Notes under the pieces: generated by a model
Told to the model about the DNA's origin: nothing
Database searches by the model: none
The model's input: the letters and a program-made list of their open reading frames with translations, nothing else
Shown: positions 12,394 through 21,728 of the stretch, piece after piece
How positions within the stretch are numbered: position 1 is the stretch's first letter
How the letters are laid out: each line of letters begins with the position of its first letter
Source of the DNA: Candidatus Planktophila sp.
Lineage (GTDB): Bacteria; Actinomycetota; Actinomycetes; Nanopelagicales; Nanopelagicaceae
Direction of reading: 5' to 3'
Assembly (NCBI GenBank): GCA_044239085.1
Contig: JBIICC010000001.1
Coordinates: 1 to 62,919, forward strand
DNA length: 62,919 nt
Position numbers and translations under genes: made by a program

Positions 12394-13617
12394 TTACTCT
12401 TTTGCTAAGGGTAGGTCGACTGCTATGGCAAGGCCACCAAGATCACTCTTGCGCAGAGCGAAACTTCCATTCAGCTTTGCAATTACAGCAGACATAATGC
12501 TCATTCCAAGTCCGGAGCCACCATTTTCCCGGGAACGAGATTTATCAAATCGAGCAAGGGAGCGAATATTCTCTTGATAGGCACTTTCAGGCAGACCAGG
12601 ACCAGCATCACCAATAACAATTCTCGCGCTCTTTCCAGTTTTCTTACAGACAATTGAAACAGCATCATCTTTGGCTGTATGTCGCATAATATTTGTGAGG
12701 GCATTTTGAATAAAACGCGCAATGTAATCACGTGGCGCCATCACATCAATATCCGACTCGACGTCGAGCGTTACCTCTCTCGATGGATTAAGGGTCTTGA
12801 AGTCCATGCCATGGGCTGTGAGAAGTTCACTGAGATCAATTCTTTCAATCTCTCGCGAACCACTTTCGCCTAACTCCGCCAATAGAAGTAGGTCTTGAAC
12901 AAGATTCTCCATTCTCGTAATTTCAGAACCAACGCGAGAGAAAGCTCTTTCTTGATCGGCCTCAGATACAAGTTGTTTCTTGCTCAACATCTCTACATAC
13001 CCCTTGACGACGGTAAGAGGTGTTCTTAACTCATGGGATGCATCGCCTAAAAACTCCTGCATACGAGCAAGGGATGCCACATCACTTCTTCGATTTGCTC
13101 GCCTAAAGTAGAAGAAGAGCAGTAGACCAGCTGCAGAGTCAACAATCAATGTAAATCCAGCAAGGGCTTGGATATTGGATTGAAAATGGGAATCAATTTC
13201 AGAGACAGATCGTGCGATAAGAATGTAATCTCCATCAGAAATTTCCACTGAACGAAGTTGGAAGGGTGATGGTCCACCAATTCTTACCGGCCTAATTTCC
13301 GCTTCGCGCACCTTCTCAAATTCTGGAGCGCCTAAGTACTGCAGGGTTGACTCATTAATCAAAGTCTCTTGCCCTTGACGCGTCAGAAGAGTCAAGGTGA
13401 TATTCAGAGTCAACTGTTCAATAGCAAAGAGTGCAGCACCGACTGATTGCTTTGGATTATCAATAGCAGCTTGGGCTACAAAGTTGATTGAGCCATTTAC
13501 TTCAGAGATCTCTGTGCCACGAGTATGGGTAGCTGAATAGCCTCCTATACCGACAGTAACAAAAGTAACTATGAGAATTGTAAAGAAGCTGGTGCGTGAT
13601 GAATTTGGAATTCTCAC
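12394..13617 (-). CDS. Membrane sensor histidine kinase
   Basis: Two TM segments, SHELRTPL H-box, DAGPG and GGSGLG boxes. Confidence 0.93.
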   Translation of the reverse strand: MRIPNSSRTSFFTILIVTFVTVGIGGYSATHTRGTEISEVNGSINFVAQAAIDNPKQSVGAALFAIEQLTLNITLTLLTRQGQETLINESTLQYLGAPEFEKVREAEIRPVRIGGPSPFQLRSVEISDGDYILIARSVSEIDSHFQSNIQALAGFTLIVDSAAGLLLFFYFRRANRRSDVASLARMQEFLGDASHELRTPLTVVKGYVEMLSKKQLVSEADQERAFSRVGSEITRMENLVQDLLLLAELGESGSREIERIDLSELLTAHGMDFKTLNPSREVTLDVESDIDVMAPRDYIARFIQNALTNIMRHTAKDDAVSIVCKKTGKSARIVIGDAGPGLPESAYQENIRSLARFDKSRSRENGGSGLGMSIMSAVIAKLNGSFALRKSDLGGLAIAVDLPLAKE

Positions 13618-14300
13618 TTCTTCTCCGCGTTAAGCTGGAAACCTACTCCTCTGATTGTGCGAATTCCCTCGAAGCCATCGCGATGTAACTTCTTACGTAG
13701 ATACGAGATATAGGTATCGACAACTGTACTCTCGGATTCAAAGGTAATTCCCCATACTTCATCGAGAAGATGAGCTTTGCTTAAGACTCGACCTTTGCTC
13801 TCTAGAAGTACTTGCAGCAACCTAAATTCAGTTGGTGATAAATCTACAACTTCGCCGCTAAAGGTAACTTGGTGGCTCTTTGCATCAAGTGTAATCGGAC
13901 CATGTGTGAGAGTTTCACTAATAGTTTCGCTAAATTGCGAGCGACGTAAGATCGCTTTAATGCGAAGAACTAACTCTTCAAGACCAAAAGGCTTTGTAAC
14001 GTAATCATCAGCCCCCAGGGTCAACCCACGAGTGATATCTGCGCGATCACCTCGTGCACTTAACATCAGAGCAGGAGTGTTGTCGCCGTTGCTTCGGATA
14101 CGTTCAATAAATTCAAATCCATCCATCAAGGGCATATTGATATCTACGATGAGAAGATCTGGTTTGGTGCTGCGCAATAACGTTTGAGCCACCATCGCGT
14201 CAGCGGCGGTAACGGTCTCAAAGCCAGCCAATTTAAGGGCATCGCCCAGTAGTTCGCGGACCCCGGCTTCGTCATCGATAATCATTACAAGCTGACTCAT
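13614..14300 (-). CDS. OmpR-family response regulator (PhoP/TcrX-like)
   Basis: IIDDE, DINMP, KPF, VVDTYISYLRKK, TIRGVGF; start set at ATG 14300. Confidence 0.93.
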   Translation of the reverse strand: MSQLVMIIDDEAGVRELLGDALKLAGFETVTAADAMVAQTLLRSTKPDLLIVDINMPLMDGFEFIERIRSNGDNTPALMLSARGDRADITRGLTLGADDYVTKPFGLEELVLRIKAILRRSQFSETISETLTHGPITLDAKSHQVTFSGEVVDLSPTEFRLLQVLLESKGRVLSKAHLLDEVWGITFESESTVVDTYISYLRKKLHRDGFEGIRTIRGVGFQLNAEKK

Positions 14301-14371
14301 GTGCAAACCTTCCCATGCGTCAGAAGGAATTTCTACCGGGTTGCCCATAGGCACACAGAACAAGGAGAACT

Positions 14372-14406
14372 TTCACAGAGTATTCACACCCAAGGCGAAT
14401 TATGAT
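14372..14406 (+). promoter_or_regulatory. Direct repeat TTCACA-N5-TTCACA plus -10 box TATGAT
   Basis: TTCACA at 14372 and 14383 (11-bp period); TATGAT 14401-14406, 6 nt before ATG 14413. Confidence 0.6.
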
Positions 14407-14412
14407 TAAGCC

Positions 14413-14865
14413 ATGAAGAGAGCAACAGCTGTATGGGCAAGTGCCGGTGCAATTGCGCTCTCATCCTTCTCGAACTCTGCCTTTGCCGATGTAACTCCTT
14501 CTCCGGCACCAACTTCGCAGGCGGATTCGTTTAAAGTCTTAATGGAACAATTTAAGAGAGATCGCGAAGAATTTAACGTCGCTCTCCGCGAAAGATTTCA
14601 GAAGATGCGCCTTATCAATCAAACATTTGATACTGCAATAAGGAAGGCGCGTCAGGATTCAAAGTTAGCGATGCAGGTAGCGCTAAAGCCTGAACAGAAG
14701 TCTGCAATTAACTCAGCTTTGAAATCTGTGATTGCCGCTGCAGTCATCGCACGCGAGGAAGCAATCGAGGCGTTAGGCGAAGCACCGATTCCACCAACAG
14801 AGCCCACCAAAGGTCCAAAGGCTATGCACTCTGATAAAAATGGTTCAGAGAAGAAGCGACGTTAA
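14413..14865 (+). CDS. Secreted alpha-helical hypothetical protein
   Basis: Sec signal ending SAFA-D, Pro-rich linker, long charged helical region. Confidence 0.8.
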   Translation: MKRATAVWASAGAIALSSFSNSAFADVTPSPAPTSQADSFKVLMEQFKRDREEFNVALRERFQKMRLINQTFDTAIRKARQDSKLAMQVALKPEQKSAINSALKSVIAAAVIAREEAIEALGEAPIPPTEPTKGPKAMHSDKNGSEKKRR

Positions 14866-14871
14866 TTAAAC

Positions 14872-15213
14872 CTAATCATCAACCTTCATGGTTCGCAGAG
14901 TATGGCGATCATGACTCTTCTCTTTCTCATGAATCTTTCTGATCTGTAGTTCAATACTTTTAATCGCATCATCAAAGGCAGCTACATCGTTAAATGATGC
15001 CGCTTCGGCACGGAGCAAAGGCCCTGAGCCATGAGATGTAATTACCACTTTATGTGAGTTCTTGCCTTGGCGAGGATTAGCCTCATGGAGAATCTCAACT
15101 TCAATGCGATCAATTGTTACGCTAAATCGCTCCATTGAAAGAAGTTTCTCTTCCGCAATATCTTTAAAGTCAGTTGCTAGTTCTGCATGACGAGTATGAA
15201 TAATAATTTTCAC
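14872..15213 (-). CDS. hpf: Ribosome hibernation factor HPF/RaiA, short form
   Basis: MKIII..RH, AEEKL, LRAEA, AAFDDAIKSIELQIRKIHEK. Confidence 0.85.
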   Translation of the reverse strand: MKIIIHTRHAELATDFKDIAEEKLLSMERFSVTIDRIEVEILHEANPRQGKNSHKVVITSHGSGPLLRAEAASFNDVAAFDDAIKSIELQIRKIHEKEKSHDRHTLRTMKVDD

Positions 15214-15277
15214 ATCACAAGCATCTCACTTGACAAGTGAAAATGTAAGGTGGTTTTTTGGGGCTTTCGACCTTACC

Positions 15278-15664
15278 TTAAGACAGAGGCAGAAGATAGA
15301 TAAGGAGAGTTAGCACTGCAGCCAGTGAGAGCGACTGCCCCAAGATTGTGATTGCAGTCTTGCGATCTGCAGCCAATGAGGCTTTATCGCTGACGCGAGA
15401 AAGTTGCCCTAGCTTTCCAAAGTTGAAAGTTCCCATAAATCCATATGCGAGGCAGAATTTTCTGCGCGATTGAACCAAGCCAATTGATCCGACAGCTAGG
15501 GGTACGAAGATTCCAAGGCGCATTGATGGTTCAGTTCCAGCGGAGATAAAACCAATAAGAACGCTGAGCGAGAGGCCGAAACCAACTAGAGCTACGAGTT
15601 GGCGACGACGAACTTCGCCTTTTCCGATATTGCAACTTCCGGCGATATATGAATCTGCGATCAC
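15278..15664 (-). CDS. Hypothetical membrane protein
   Basis: CNIG..E..RR, three hydrophobic segments, Q.R.KFC; GTG directly after upstream TAA. Confidence 0.75.
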   Translation of the reverse strand: MIADSYIAGSCNIGKGEVRRRQLVALVGFGLSLSVLIGFISAGTEPSMRLGIFVPLAVGSIGLVQSRRKFCLAYGFMGTFNFGKLGQLSRVSDKASLAADRKTAITILGQSLSLAAVLTLLIYLLPLS

Positions 15665-15811
15665 TTACGCCTCTTCAAATTCATCTTCGTCAATCCAAGC
15701 ATCGGTCTCAGAATCTTCTTGTTTCTCAACCCAAGATAAGAAAGAACCGATTGCGCGAAAGGCTAACAGGGCAACGGTAATCGCTGCAATGAGTCTACGG
15801 AGCGCTTTCAT
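15665..15811 (-). CDS. 48-aa small membrane protein (not in ORF track)
   Basis: MKALRRLIAAITVALLAFRAIGSFLSWVEKQEDSETDAWIDEDEFEEA; fills the gap; TATTTT 7 nt upstream. Confidence 0.7.
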   Translation of the reverse strand: MKALRRLIAAITVALLAFRAIGSFLSWVEKQEDSETDAWIDEDEFEEA

Positions 15812-15850
15812 AGGGATAAAAATACTCCACTTTGAATAAATGCGCCTTAT

Positions 15851-16918
15851 TTACTGGGCGTTCAGTGCTGTGTCGATATCTCTCCAGAGATCATCTACAT
15901 GTTCGCAGCCGACAGAGAGGCGAATGAGATTTTCGGGAACACTATGGCTCTCGCGCTCCCAACGGCGGCGACGCTCCCATGTTGATTCAACTCCCCCAAG
16001 ACTTGTGGCGCTGACAATGAGGGTCGATGCGCCACACACTTTTTCTGCTCGAGCTGCATCCCCAATAGCCTCAAAGGAGATGATTGCGCCGAAACCGGGA
16101 TAGCGGACGTTGGTGACTTGTGAATGCGAAGTTAATTTCTTAGCAAGAATTGCTGCGCTCTCTTGTGCGCGCTGGAAGCGCAATGGGAAGGTGCGGATCC
16201 CTCGTAGCGCGAGCCAGACTTCAAAAGGCCCAGCGATTGAACCCAGCGTTGTACGTGCATCGTGGAGTCGAGAATGTAGCGCAGGATCTTTCACAGATAG
16301 AGAGCCGAGAATTACATCGCTATGGCCAGCCAAATACTTAGTCACAGAGTGCATGACAATGTCAGCACCAAATGTAAGTGGCTTCTGATTCATAGGTGTC
16401 GCAAAGGTGTTATCGAAACCAACTCCAATATTGCGCTTCTTAGCTTCTCCGATAATTGTTCCGACATCTGCAATACCCAGACCTGGATTTGTAGGAGACT
16501 CCACCCAGAGAAATGCTGCACCTTGTAACTTATCGAGAACCTCTTTTGTATCTGTAATATCTACAAAACGAACTTCAAGACGTCCTTCTGTCTGATACTT
16601 CTTTAAGAGCGCCATTGTGCCGCTATAGCCTTCATTCGATGCAACGATTGGTGCACCGTTAGGAAGAATTGAAAAAACTGCAGAGATCGCAGCCATGCCG
16701 GATGAGAATACAAGTGTTGATTGAGCTTCTTCGAGCGCGCTAATTGCCGCCTCTAATTGTTCCCAAGTCTCATTTCCAGTGCGGCCATAATTAATTGGCC
16801 CACCAGCGTTGAAAGTTGAGTTAAGGGAGATCGATGAATTTAAACCTGCGCCAGGTAGCGCATCAGGGCGACCTGATGAAATTGCAATGGTTTCAGGGTG
16901 AAGGCGATCATCAGACAT
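15851..16918 (-). CDS. metB: Cystathionine gamma-synthase family PLP enzyme
   Basis: FSSGMAAI, ESPTNP, DNTFATP, HSVTKYLAGHSD, SLGGVES. Confidence 0.82.
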   Translation of the reverse strand: MSDDRLHPETIAISSGRPDALPGAGLNSSISLNSTFNAGGPINYGRTGNETWEQLEAAISALEEAQSTLVFSSGMAAISAVFSILPNGAPIVASNEGYSGTMALLKKYQTEGRLEVRFVDITDTKEVLDKLQGAAFLWVESPTNPGLGIADVGTIIGEAKKRNIGVGFDNTFATPMNQKPLTFGADIVMHSVTKYLAGHSDVILGSLSVKDPALHSRLHDARTTLGSIAGPFEVWLALRGIRTFPLRFQRAQESAAILAKKLTSHSQVTNVRYPGFGAIISFEAIGDAARAEKVCGASTLIVSATSLGGVESTWERRRRWERESHSVPENLIRLSVGCEHVDDLWRDIDTALNAQ

Positions 16919-16935
16919 GGGTTAAGAGTAATCGG

Positions 16936-18114
16936 TTAGCGCAGAACTGGCGAAAGTCTTTTGAACGCTTCCTCTAAAATCTCAGGGCTCGTTGCAAAAT
17001 TGAGGCGTACAAATTGGCTCGATTGCTTACCAAAACGAATTCCAGGAACAAAGGCGACCTTTGCCTTCTCAACAAGGGCAGCTGCCGGGTCTTCTCCCAA
17101 TCCAAAGTGAGAAAGATCTAGCCACGCTAAATATGAGCAGCGAGGTAGGTGATAGCCAACACCCGGCGTAAATTGATTGATTAAGTCAGAAATTAAATGG
17201 CGATTAATCTCCATCTGCTCCATGAGGGAGTTAAGCCATGACTCGCCTTCTTCAAATGCTGTCACAGTTGCAAATGCTCCCAATAGCGAAGCGCGATAGT
17301 GAGTTGCAGGGGCAATCGCATTGAGGCGCTCGTGCATTTTTTCATCTTCAGTAACAATAATGGCGCACTTCAGTCCTGCAATATTCCACCCCTTACTTGC
17401 AGCGGTAATGGTGATGCCAACTTCTCGAGCCAACGGCGAGATGTTCAGGAATGGGATGAAGGCGCTCTCTTCATATGTAAGAGGCGCGTGAATTTCATCG
17501 CTGAGAACTATTACTCCATATTTATGAGCAAGTTCTGCAAAGCGGGTTAGCTCTTCACGGGAAAACATTCTTCCGAGTGGGTTATGGGGATTGCTAATTA
17601 AATGAGCCTTGATGCCCGATGCATAAGCCTTTTCGATGCCATCCCAATCCAGGCTCCAGAAACTTCCATCTATCTCATTTTCTCCGTGAATAAATGGAAC
17701 ATCCACTTCCATTAAATGAGTCTCAGCCGTCCATGTCCAAAAATTCGGATAGACAGGTGAGTTGATGAGGATTTTATCTCCAGGCTTTGTAATGACACGA
17801 AGTACTTCAACAACGCCGACGCCAACATCAGCTGCAATGCGAACTTGGCTCGGGTCAGCTTTCCAACCCCAACGACGATTTGCAAAGCCCGAAAAGGCGA
17901 TTCCCATCTCAGGTATTGGACCTAAATACCCAAGATCAGATTTATCAATCATGGATCGCAAAGTGTTGCGAATGGGCTCAGCTACAGGAAAATCCATCTC
18001 AGCGACAGGCAATGGAAGAACATCTGCTGGAAATGCACGCCACTTTTCACTGCGATGTGTACGTAACTCAGAGAGCTCATGTGCACGAAATTCAAGATTT
18101 CTATCGCTACTCAT
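16936..18114 (-). CDS. MalY/PatB family cystathionine beta-lyase
   Basis: VAEMDF, NPHNPLG, SDEIH, SKGWNIAGLK, RLNFAT. Confidence 0.9.
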   Translation of the reverse strand: MSSDRNLEFRAHELSELRTHRSEKWRAFPADVLPLPVAEMDFPVAEPIRNTLRSMIDKSDLGYLGPIPEMGIAFSGFANRRWGWKADPSQVRIAADVGVGVVEVLRVITKPGDKILINSPVYPNFWTWTAETHLMEVDVPFIHGENEIDGSFWSLDWDGIEKAYASGIKAHLISNPHNPLGRMFSREELTRFAELAHKYGVIVLSDEIHAPLTYEESAFIPFLNISPLAREVGITITAASKGWNIAGLKCAIIVTEDEKMHERLNAIAPATHYRASLLGAFATVTAFEEGESWLNSLMEQMEINRHLISDLINQFTPGVGYHLPRCSYLAWLDLSHFGLGEDPAAALVEKAKVAFVPGIRFGKQSSQFVRLNFATSPEILEEAFKRLSPVLR

Positions 18115-18148
18115 AGACGAAGTATTGCATTCTGCTTACTCTTTATCT

Positions 18149-18775
18149 ATGACCGAATTAATCTCATCGGCTGCCATGCGAAAGATAACTCGAGAAATCT
18201 CCGCTCGCGATAGAAGATTCGCCAAGGTAATTGAGAGCCACCCTCTATGTACTGTTGGAAGAAACCCTAAACCAGTCACTCATTTTGAGGCGCTCGTTGA
18301 TTCAGTAATCTCTCAGCAACTTGCCGTAAAGGCTGCCGAAACAATATTTGCACGGGTTAAGACCCTCGCAGGAGGAAAGGTCATCCCGTCCAGGATCGCA
18401 GAAATCTCTGAGTTAGATATGCGCAGTGCAGGAGTCTCTGGTGCAAAGTTTAAGGCTATACAAGGTTTGGCAGATGCAGCTCTCACCAAGCGAATTAAAA
18501 TCAATAAATTACATGAGATTGAAGATGATGAAGTCATTTTCAACCAGCTGACCGGCCTCTGGGGAATCGGACCTTGGACTGTCGATATGTTTATGATGTT
18601 TCAGCTCGGGCGTTTAGATATCTGGCCGACTGGCGACCTAGGTGTGCGTCGTGGCTGGGAGAAGATCTACTCGCTCAAGAATGAGATAACTCCGAAAGAG
18701 CTAGAGAAGAAAGGTGAGAAGTTTTCTCCCTACCGCAGCGTTGTTGCCTGGTATTGCTGGCGAGCGCTTAGCTAA
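18149..18775 (+). CDS. DNA-3-methyladenine glycosylase II (AlkA/HhH-GPD)
   Basis: SQQL, GIGPWT, P.GDLG, PYRS; start set at ATG 18149. Confidence 0.9.
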   Translation: MTELISSAAMRKITREISARDRRFAKVIESHPLCTVGRNPKPVTHFEALVDSVISQQLAVKAAETIFARVKTLAGGKVIPSRIAEISELDMRSAGVSGAKFKAIQGLADAALTKRIKINKLHEIEDDEVIFNQLTGLWGIGPWTVDMFMMFQLGRLDIWPTGDLGVRRGWEKIYSLKNEITPKELEKKGEKFSPYRSVVAWYCWRALS

Positions 18776-19301
18776 CGATTACTGGAAAACTGATTCCGGT
18801 ACTGGAGTGGCAGTCATACCCATTTGGATTCTTCTCTAAATATCTTTGGTGGTACTCCTCAGCTAGATAATATGGAGATCCATCGGCGCTCTTAATTTCA
18901 GTAACAATTTCACCAATGCCTGCACGGGTAAGAGCTGCCTGGTAAACATCTCGAGTGATATCGGCTTGAAGTTTCTGTGAATCCGAAGTCGTAAAGATTG
19001 CACTTCTATATTGCGTTCCGATATCTCCGCCCTGTCGATTGAGTGAAGTTGGATCGTGCATGACCCAGAACTCTTCTAGCAAGCGGCGGTAGGTGATCAG
19101 CGTAGGATCAAATTCAACTGCGACCATCTCTGCGTGACCCGTAACTCCAGTGCAAACCTGTTCGTATGATGGATTTGGTCGAGCACCGCCCATATATCCA
19201 ACGCTCGTTGAAGTGACGCCGGGTAAATTCCAGAAGCGACGTTCTGCGCCCCAGAAGCACCCAGTTGCAAAGTATGCGATCTCTGAACTTCTCATAGTCA
19301 T
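18768..19301 (-). CDS. msrA: Peptide methionine sulfoxide reductase A
   Basis: GCFWG, TGHAE, RQGGDIGTQYRS, AEEYHQRY; start 19301 or 19295. Confidence 0.95.
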   Translation of the reverse strand: MTMRSSEIAYFATGCFWGAERRFWNLPGVTSTSVGYMGGARPNPSYEQVCTGVTGHAEMVAVEFDPTLITYRRLLEEFWVMHDPTSLNRQGGDIGTQYRSAIFTTSDSQKLQADITRDVYQAALTRAGIGEIVTEIKSADGSPYYLAEEYHQRYLEKNPNGYDCHSSTGISFPVIVS

Positions 19302-19322
19302 ATAACCTACCCTTATACCTGC

Positions 19323-19394
19323 GCCCCCGTAGCTCAGGGGATAGAGCACTGCCCTCCGGAGGCAGGTGCACAGGTTCGATTCCTGTCGGGGGCA
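19323..19394 (+). tRNA. tRNA-Arg (anticodon CCG)
   Basis: Acceptor stem GCCCCCG/CGGGGGC, D stem GCTC/GAGC, anticodon arm CTGCC-CTCCGGA-GGCAG, T arm ACAGG-TTCGATT-CCTGT; CCA not encoded. Confidence 0.97.
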
Positions 19395-19569
19395 CCTCTC
19401 TTAATTACTCACTAACAAGTAACTTCTGCATTGAATAGGGATATAAATCACTCTCGTTACAGAAATCTCTTTCGCTACCTTCTTGTTTATCTAACTGCGA
19501 ACAGGGAGAATTACCCTCTTGCGTGCACTAGTCGCGCACACTTAAGTACAGCGAATTTGGGGGTGAGTC

Positions 19570-19836
19570 ATGGACTGGAGACATCAATCTGCATGTCGAG
19601 ATGAAGATCCTGAGCTCTTCTTCCCTGTTGGAAATACTGGACCTGCTATCTCTCAGATCGAGGAAGCGAAGAAGGTCTGCAACCGCTGTATCGTGAAGGA
19701 CCCTTGCCTTGCTTGGGCGCTGGAATCTGGTCAAGATGCTGGAGTCTGGGGCGGTCTCTCAGAAGATGAGCGTCGTGCGCTAAAGCGTCGTGCTGCACGT
19801 AATCGTGCGCGACTTATGGATAACTCAAACTCGTAA
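19570..19836 (+). CDS. whiB1: WhiB1-type Fe-S transcription factor
   Basis: MDWRH..ACRDEDPELFFP, four Cys, GVWGGLSEDERR; convergent on pdtaS. Confidence 0.93.
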   Translation: MDWRHQSACRDEDPELFFPVGNTGPAISQIEEAKKVCNRCIVKDPCLAWALESGQDAGVWGGLSEDERRALKRRAARNRARLMDNSNS

Positions 19837-19837
19837 G

Positions 19838-21310
19838 TCAGGCGTTTGGGAATTTCAAAACTGCTTTAGTCTCGCTCGCTTCTGAATTTAGCGAAAGTGT
19901 TCCACGAAGCTCGTTCTCAGTCAGCGTTCTAACTATCTGAAGTCCTAGGTTTGGTGATGTCGCTATATCAAAACCTTCTGGCAAGCCAACCCCATCATCA
20001 GAAATAGTCACTTGAAGTTCATTTGCACTTGTAGAGACATGAATTCCCAGCGCTGATCCAGTCTCTGCAAGGCCGTGTTCTAGGGCGTTGTGCATTAACT
20101 CTGTAATGACAAGAGCAAGTGGAGTCGCAATGCGCGGTTCGAGAGAACCCAGTTCGCCAGTGCGCTCGATGCGAAGTTCGCTCATACGCGGACTTAACTC
20201 AAGTGCATGAGAAACCAAACTATCAAGAACCTGATCGAAATCTACAGATGCATCTGGGCTGCTAGAAAGGGTTTCGTGGACAAGGGCAATTGATGCAATT
20301 CTACGAACAGCTTCATTGAGCGCAGCGGATGCTCCTGGGTCATCTATACGTCGCGCTTGCAGCCTTAAGAGGGCAGAGACTGTTTGAAGATTATTCTTGA
20401 CGCGATGATGAATCTCTCTAATGGTCACATCTTTTGTAACAAGCTCTCGCTCGCGTCTACGAAGTTCCGTGACATTATTGAGCAAGACAATTGCACCGAT
20501 TCGGTTCTCAGCTTGAAGCAAGGGAAGCACGGTAAATGAAATAGTTCCACCTTGATTCTCAATCTCAGCTCGCTTAAGAGATCGCCCAGATAAACCACCA
20601 GAGATACTCTCTTCTTGAGCATCAGGGCTCTGTCGTGCAAGTGATTTAGCAACATCACCGAGATTATGGCCTTCAACTTCACTGATCCAACCGAGTCGGC
20701 TAAACGCTGAACGTGCATTTGGACTTGCATAGGAGACAACGCCATTTACATCTAGGCGAATGAGTCCATCTCCAACACGAGGGGCCGGATCAAATAAAGT
20801 GCCCGCATTTGGGAAAGGAAAAGTTCCTTCAGAAACCATTCGATAAAGATTATGTGCAATCTCTCTGTAATTGAGTTCAAGACGACTTGGTTGGCGCATT
20901 AATTCAGAATCGCGATGTCGCGAGATGACTCCGACAACGTGGTTATCAACCATCACTGGAATGGTCTCTTCTTTCACCATATGTTCGCCGAGAGGTTCAG
21001 GCTGGGTATCGCGAACTATCTCAGCGCTCGATAGAGCTTGATCAATATTTGGGCGAGCTCCATAAGTTATCTCTTCACCGATGACATCATGTGGGAATAA
21101 AGTTGCTGCAGTTGTCGGTCTGATATGCGCAACTGCTACATATCCTGTCGGCCAGCTCTTAAAATCTTTTCGTAGCGGAACCCAGAGAATGAGATCTGCA
21201 AAGGAGAGATCTGAGAGCAGTTGCCAATCTGCAATGAGCTCTCTGAGGCGGTGAATCTGCCCATCGCCCAGGGGACTCCTTCCGCGGAGAAACTCCTCAA
21301 TTGCTGGCAT
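19838..21310 (-). CDS. pdtaS: Cytosolic sensor histidine kinase PdtaS
   Basis: WQLLSDLSFADL N-terminus, PAS region, EIHHRVKNNLQ. Confidence 0.9.
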   Translation of the reverse strand: MPAIEEFLRGRSPLGDGQIHRLRELIADWQLLSDLSFADLILWVPLRKDFKSWPTGYVAVAHIRPTTAATLFPHDVIGEEITYGARPNIDQALSSAEIVRDTQPEPLGEHMVKEETIPVMVDNHVVGVISRHRDSELMRQPSRLELNYREIAHNLYRMVSEGTFPFPNAGTLFDPAPRVGDGLIRLDVNGVVSYASPNARSAFSRLGWISEVEGHNLGDVAKSLARQSPDAQEESISGGLSGRSLKRAEIENQGGTISFTVLPLLQAENRIGAIVLLNNVTELRRRERELVTKDVTIREIHHRVKNNLQTVSALLRLQARRIDDPGASAALNEAVRRIASIALVHETLSSSPDASVDFDQVLDSLVSHALELSPRMSELRIERTGELGSLEPRIATPLALVITELMHNALEHGLAETGSALGIHVSTSANELQVTISDDGVGLPEGFDIATSPNLGLQIVRTLTENELRGTLSLNSEASETKAVLKFPNA

Positions 21311-21319
21311 CTTGAGCCC

Positions 21320-21709
21320 TTAAGCAATCCAACGCGAAATATTGTTTGCAATCTCTTGGGTTGAATACCAAGTGAGCTCTTCGCCATCTTCAGAGACTTC
21401 AAAACAGCACTCAAGATATTTCCACGCAAGAGGTGCGCGTAAGGTAATCGACATATCGTGAGTAGATTCAATAAGTTCATCAGGTACTTCAAATGCTAAG
21501 ACGCATGCTGCTCCTGAAGTTTGCGTTACGAGTTCGAGGGCATCTTCTGCAGCAACTAGAGAAAGGGTGTACTCAATCTCTTCTTCATCAAGTTCATTAT
21601 TGTGGGCGATAAATACACCCGTGACTGCATAGACGTCACTAACATCGAGAGCGCCAGACTCTAGAAAATCCCTCACCTCTTCGGCTGTGACCCCAACATA
21701 TGCACGCAT
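21320..21709 (-). CDS. Conserved actinobacterial hypothetical protein (DUF6912-like)
   Basis: MRAY start, EEEIEY, ELTWYSTQEI; conserved position. Confidence 0.7.
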   Translation of the reverse strand: MRAYVGVTAEEVRDFLESGALDVSDVYAVTGVFIAHNNELDEEEIEYTLSLVAAEDALELVTQTSGAACVLAFEVPDELIESTHDMSITLRAPLAWKYLECCFEVSEDGEELTWYSTQEIANNISRWIA

Positions 21710-21728
21710 GTGGTTAGCCTATAAGAAG

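Noticed and set aside
17762-18148. Long N-terminal extension of the AlkA ORF (also the TetR extension 43838-44155)
   Set aside because: Antisense shadow of malY (or moeZ); -10 boxes support the shorter starts
19114-19395. 93-aa minus-strand ORF starting MPPTGIEPV
   Set aside because: Antisense translation of the tRNA-Arg gene
19323-19569. tRNA-Arg as an integration site
   Set aside because: No integrase and no duplicated tRNA 3' end seen in the window
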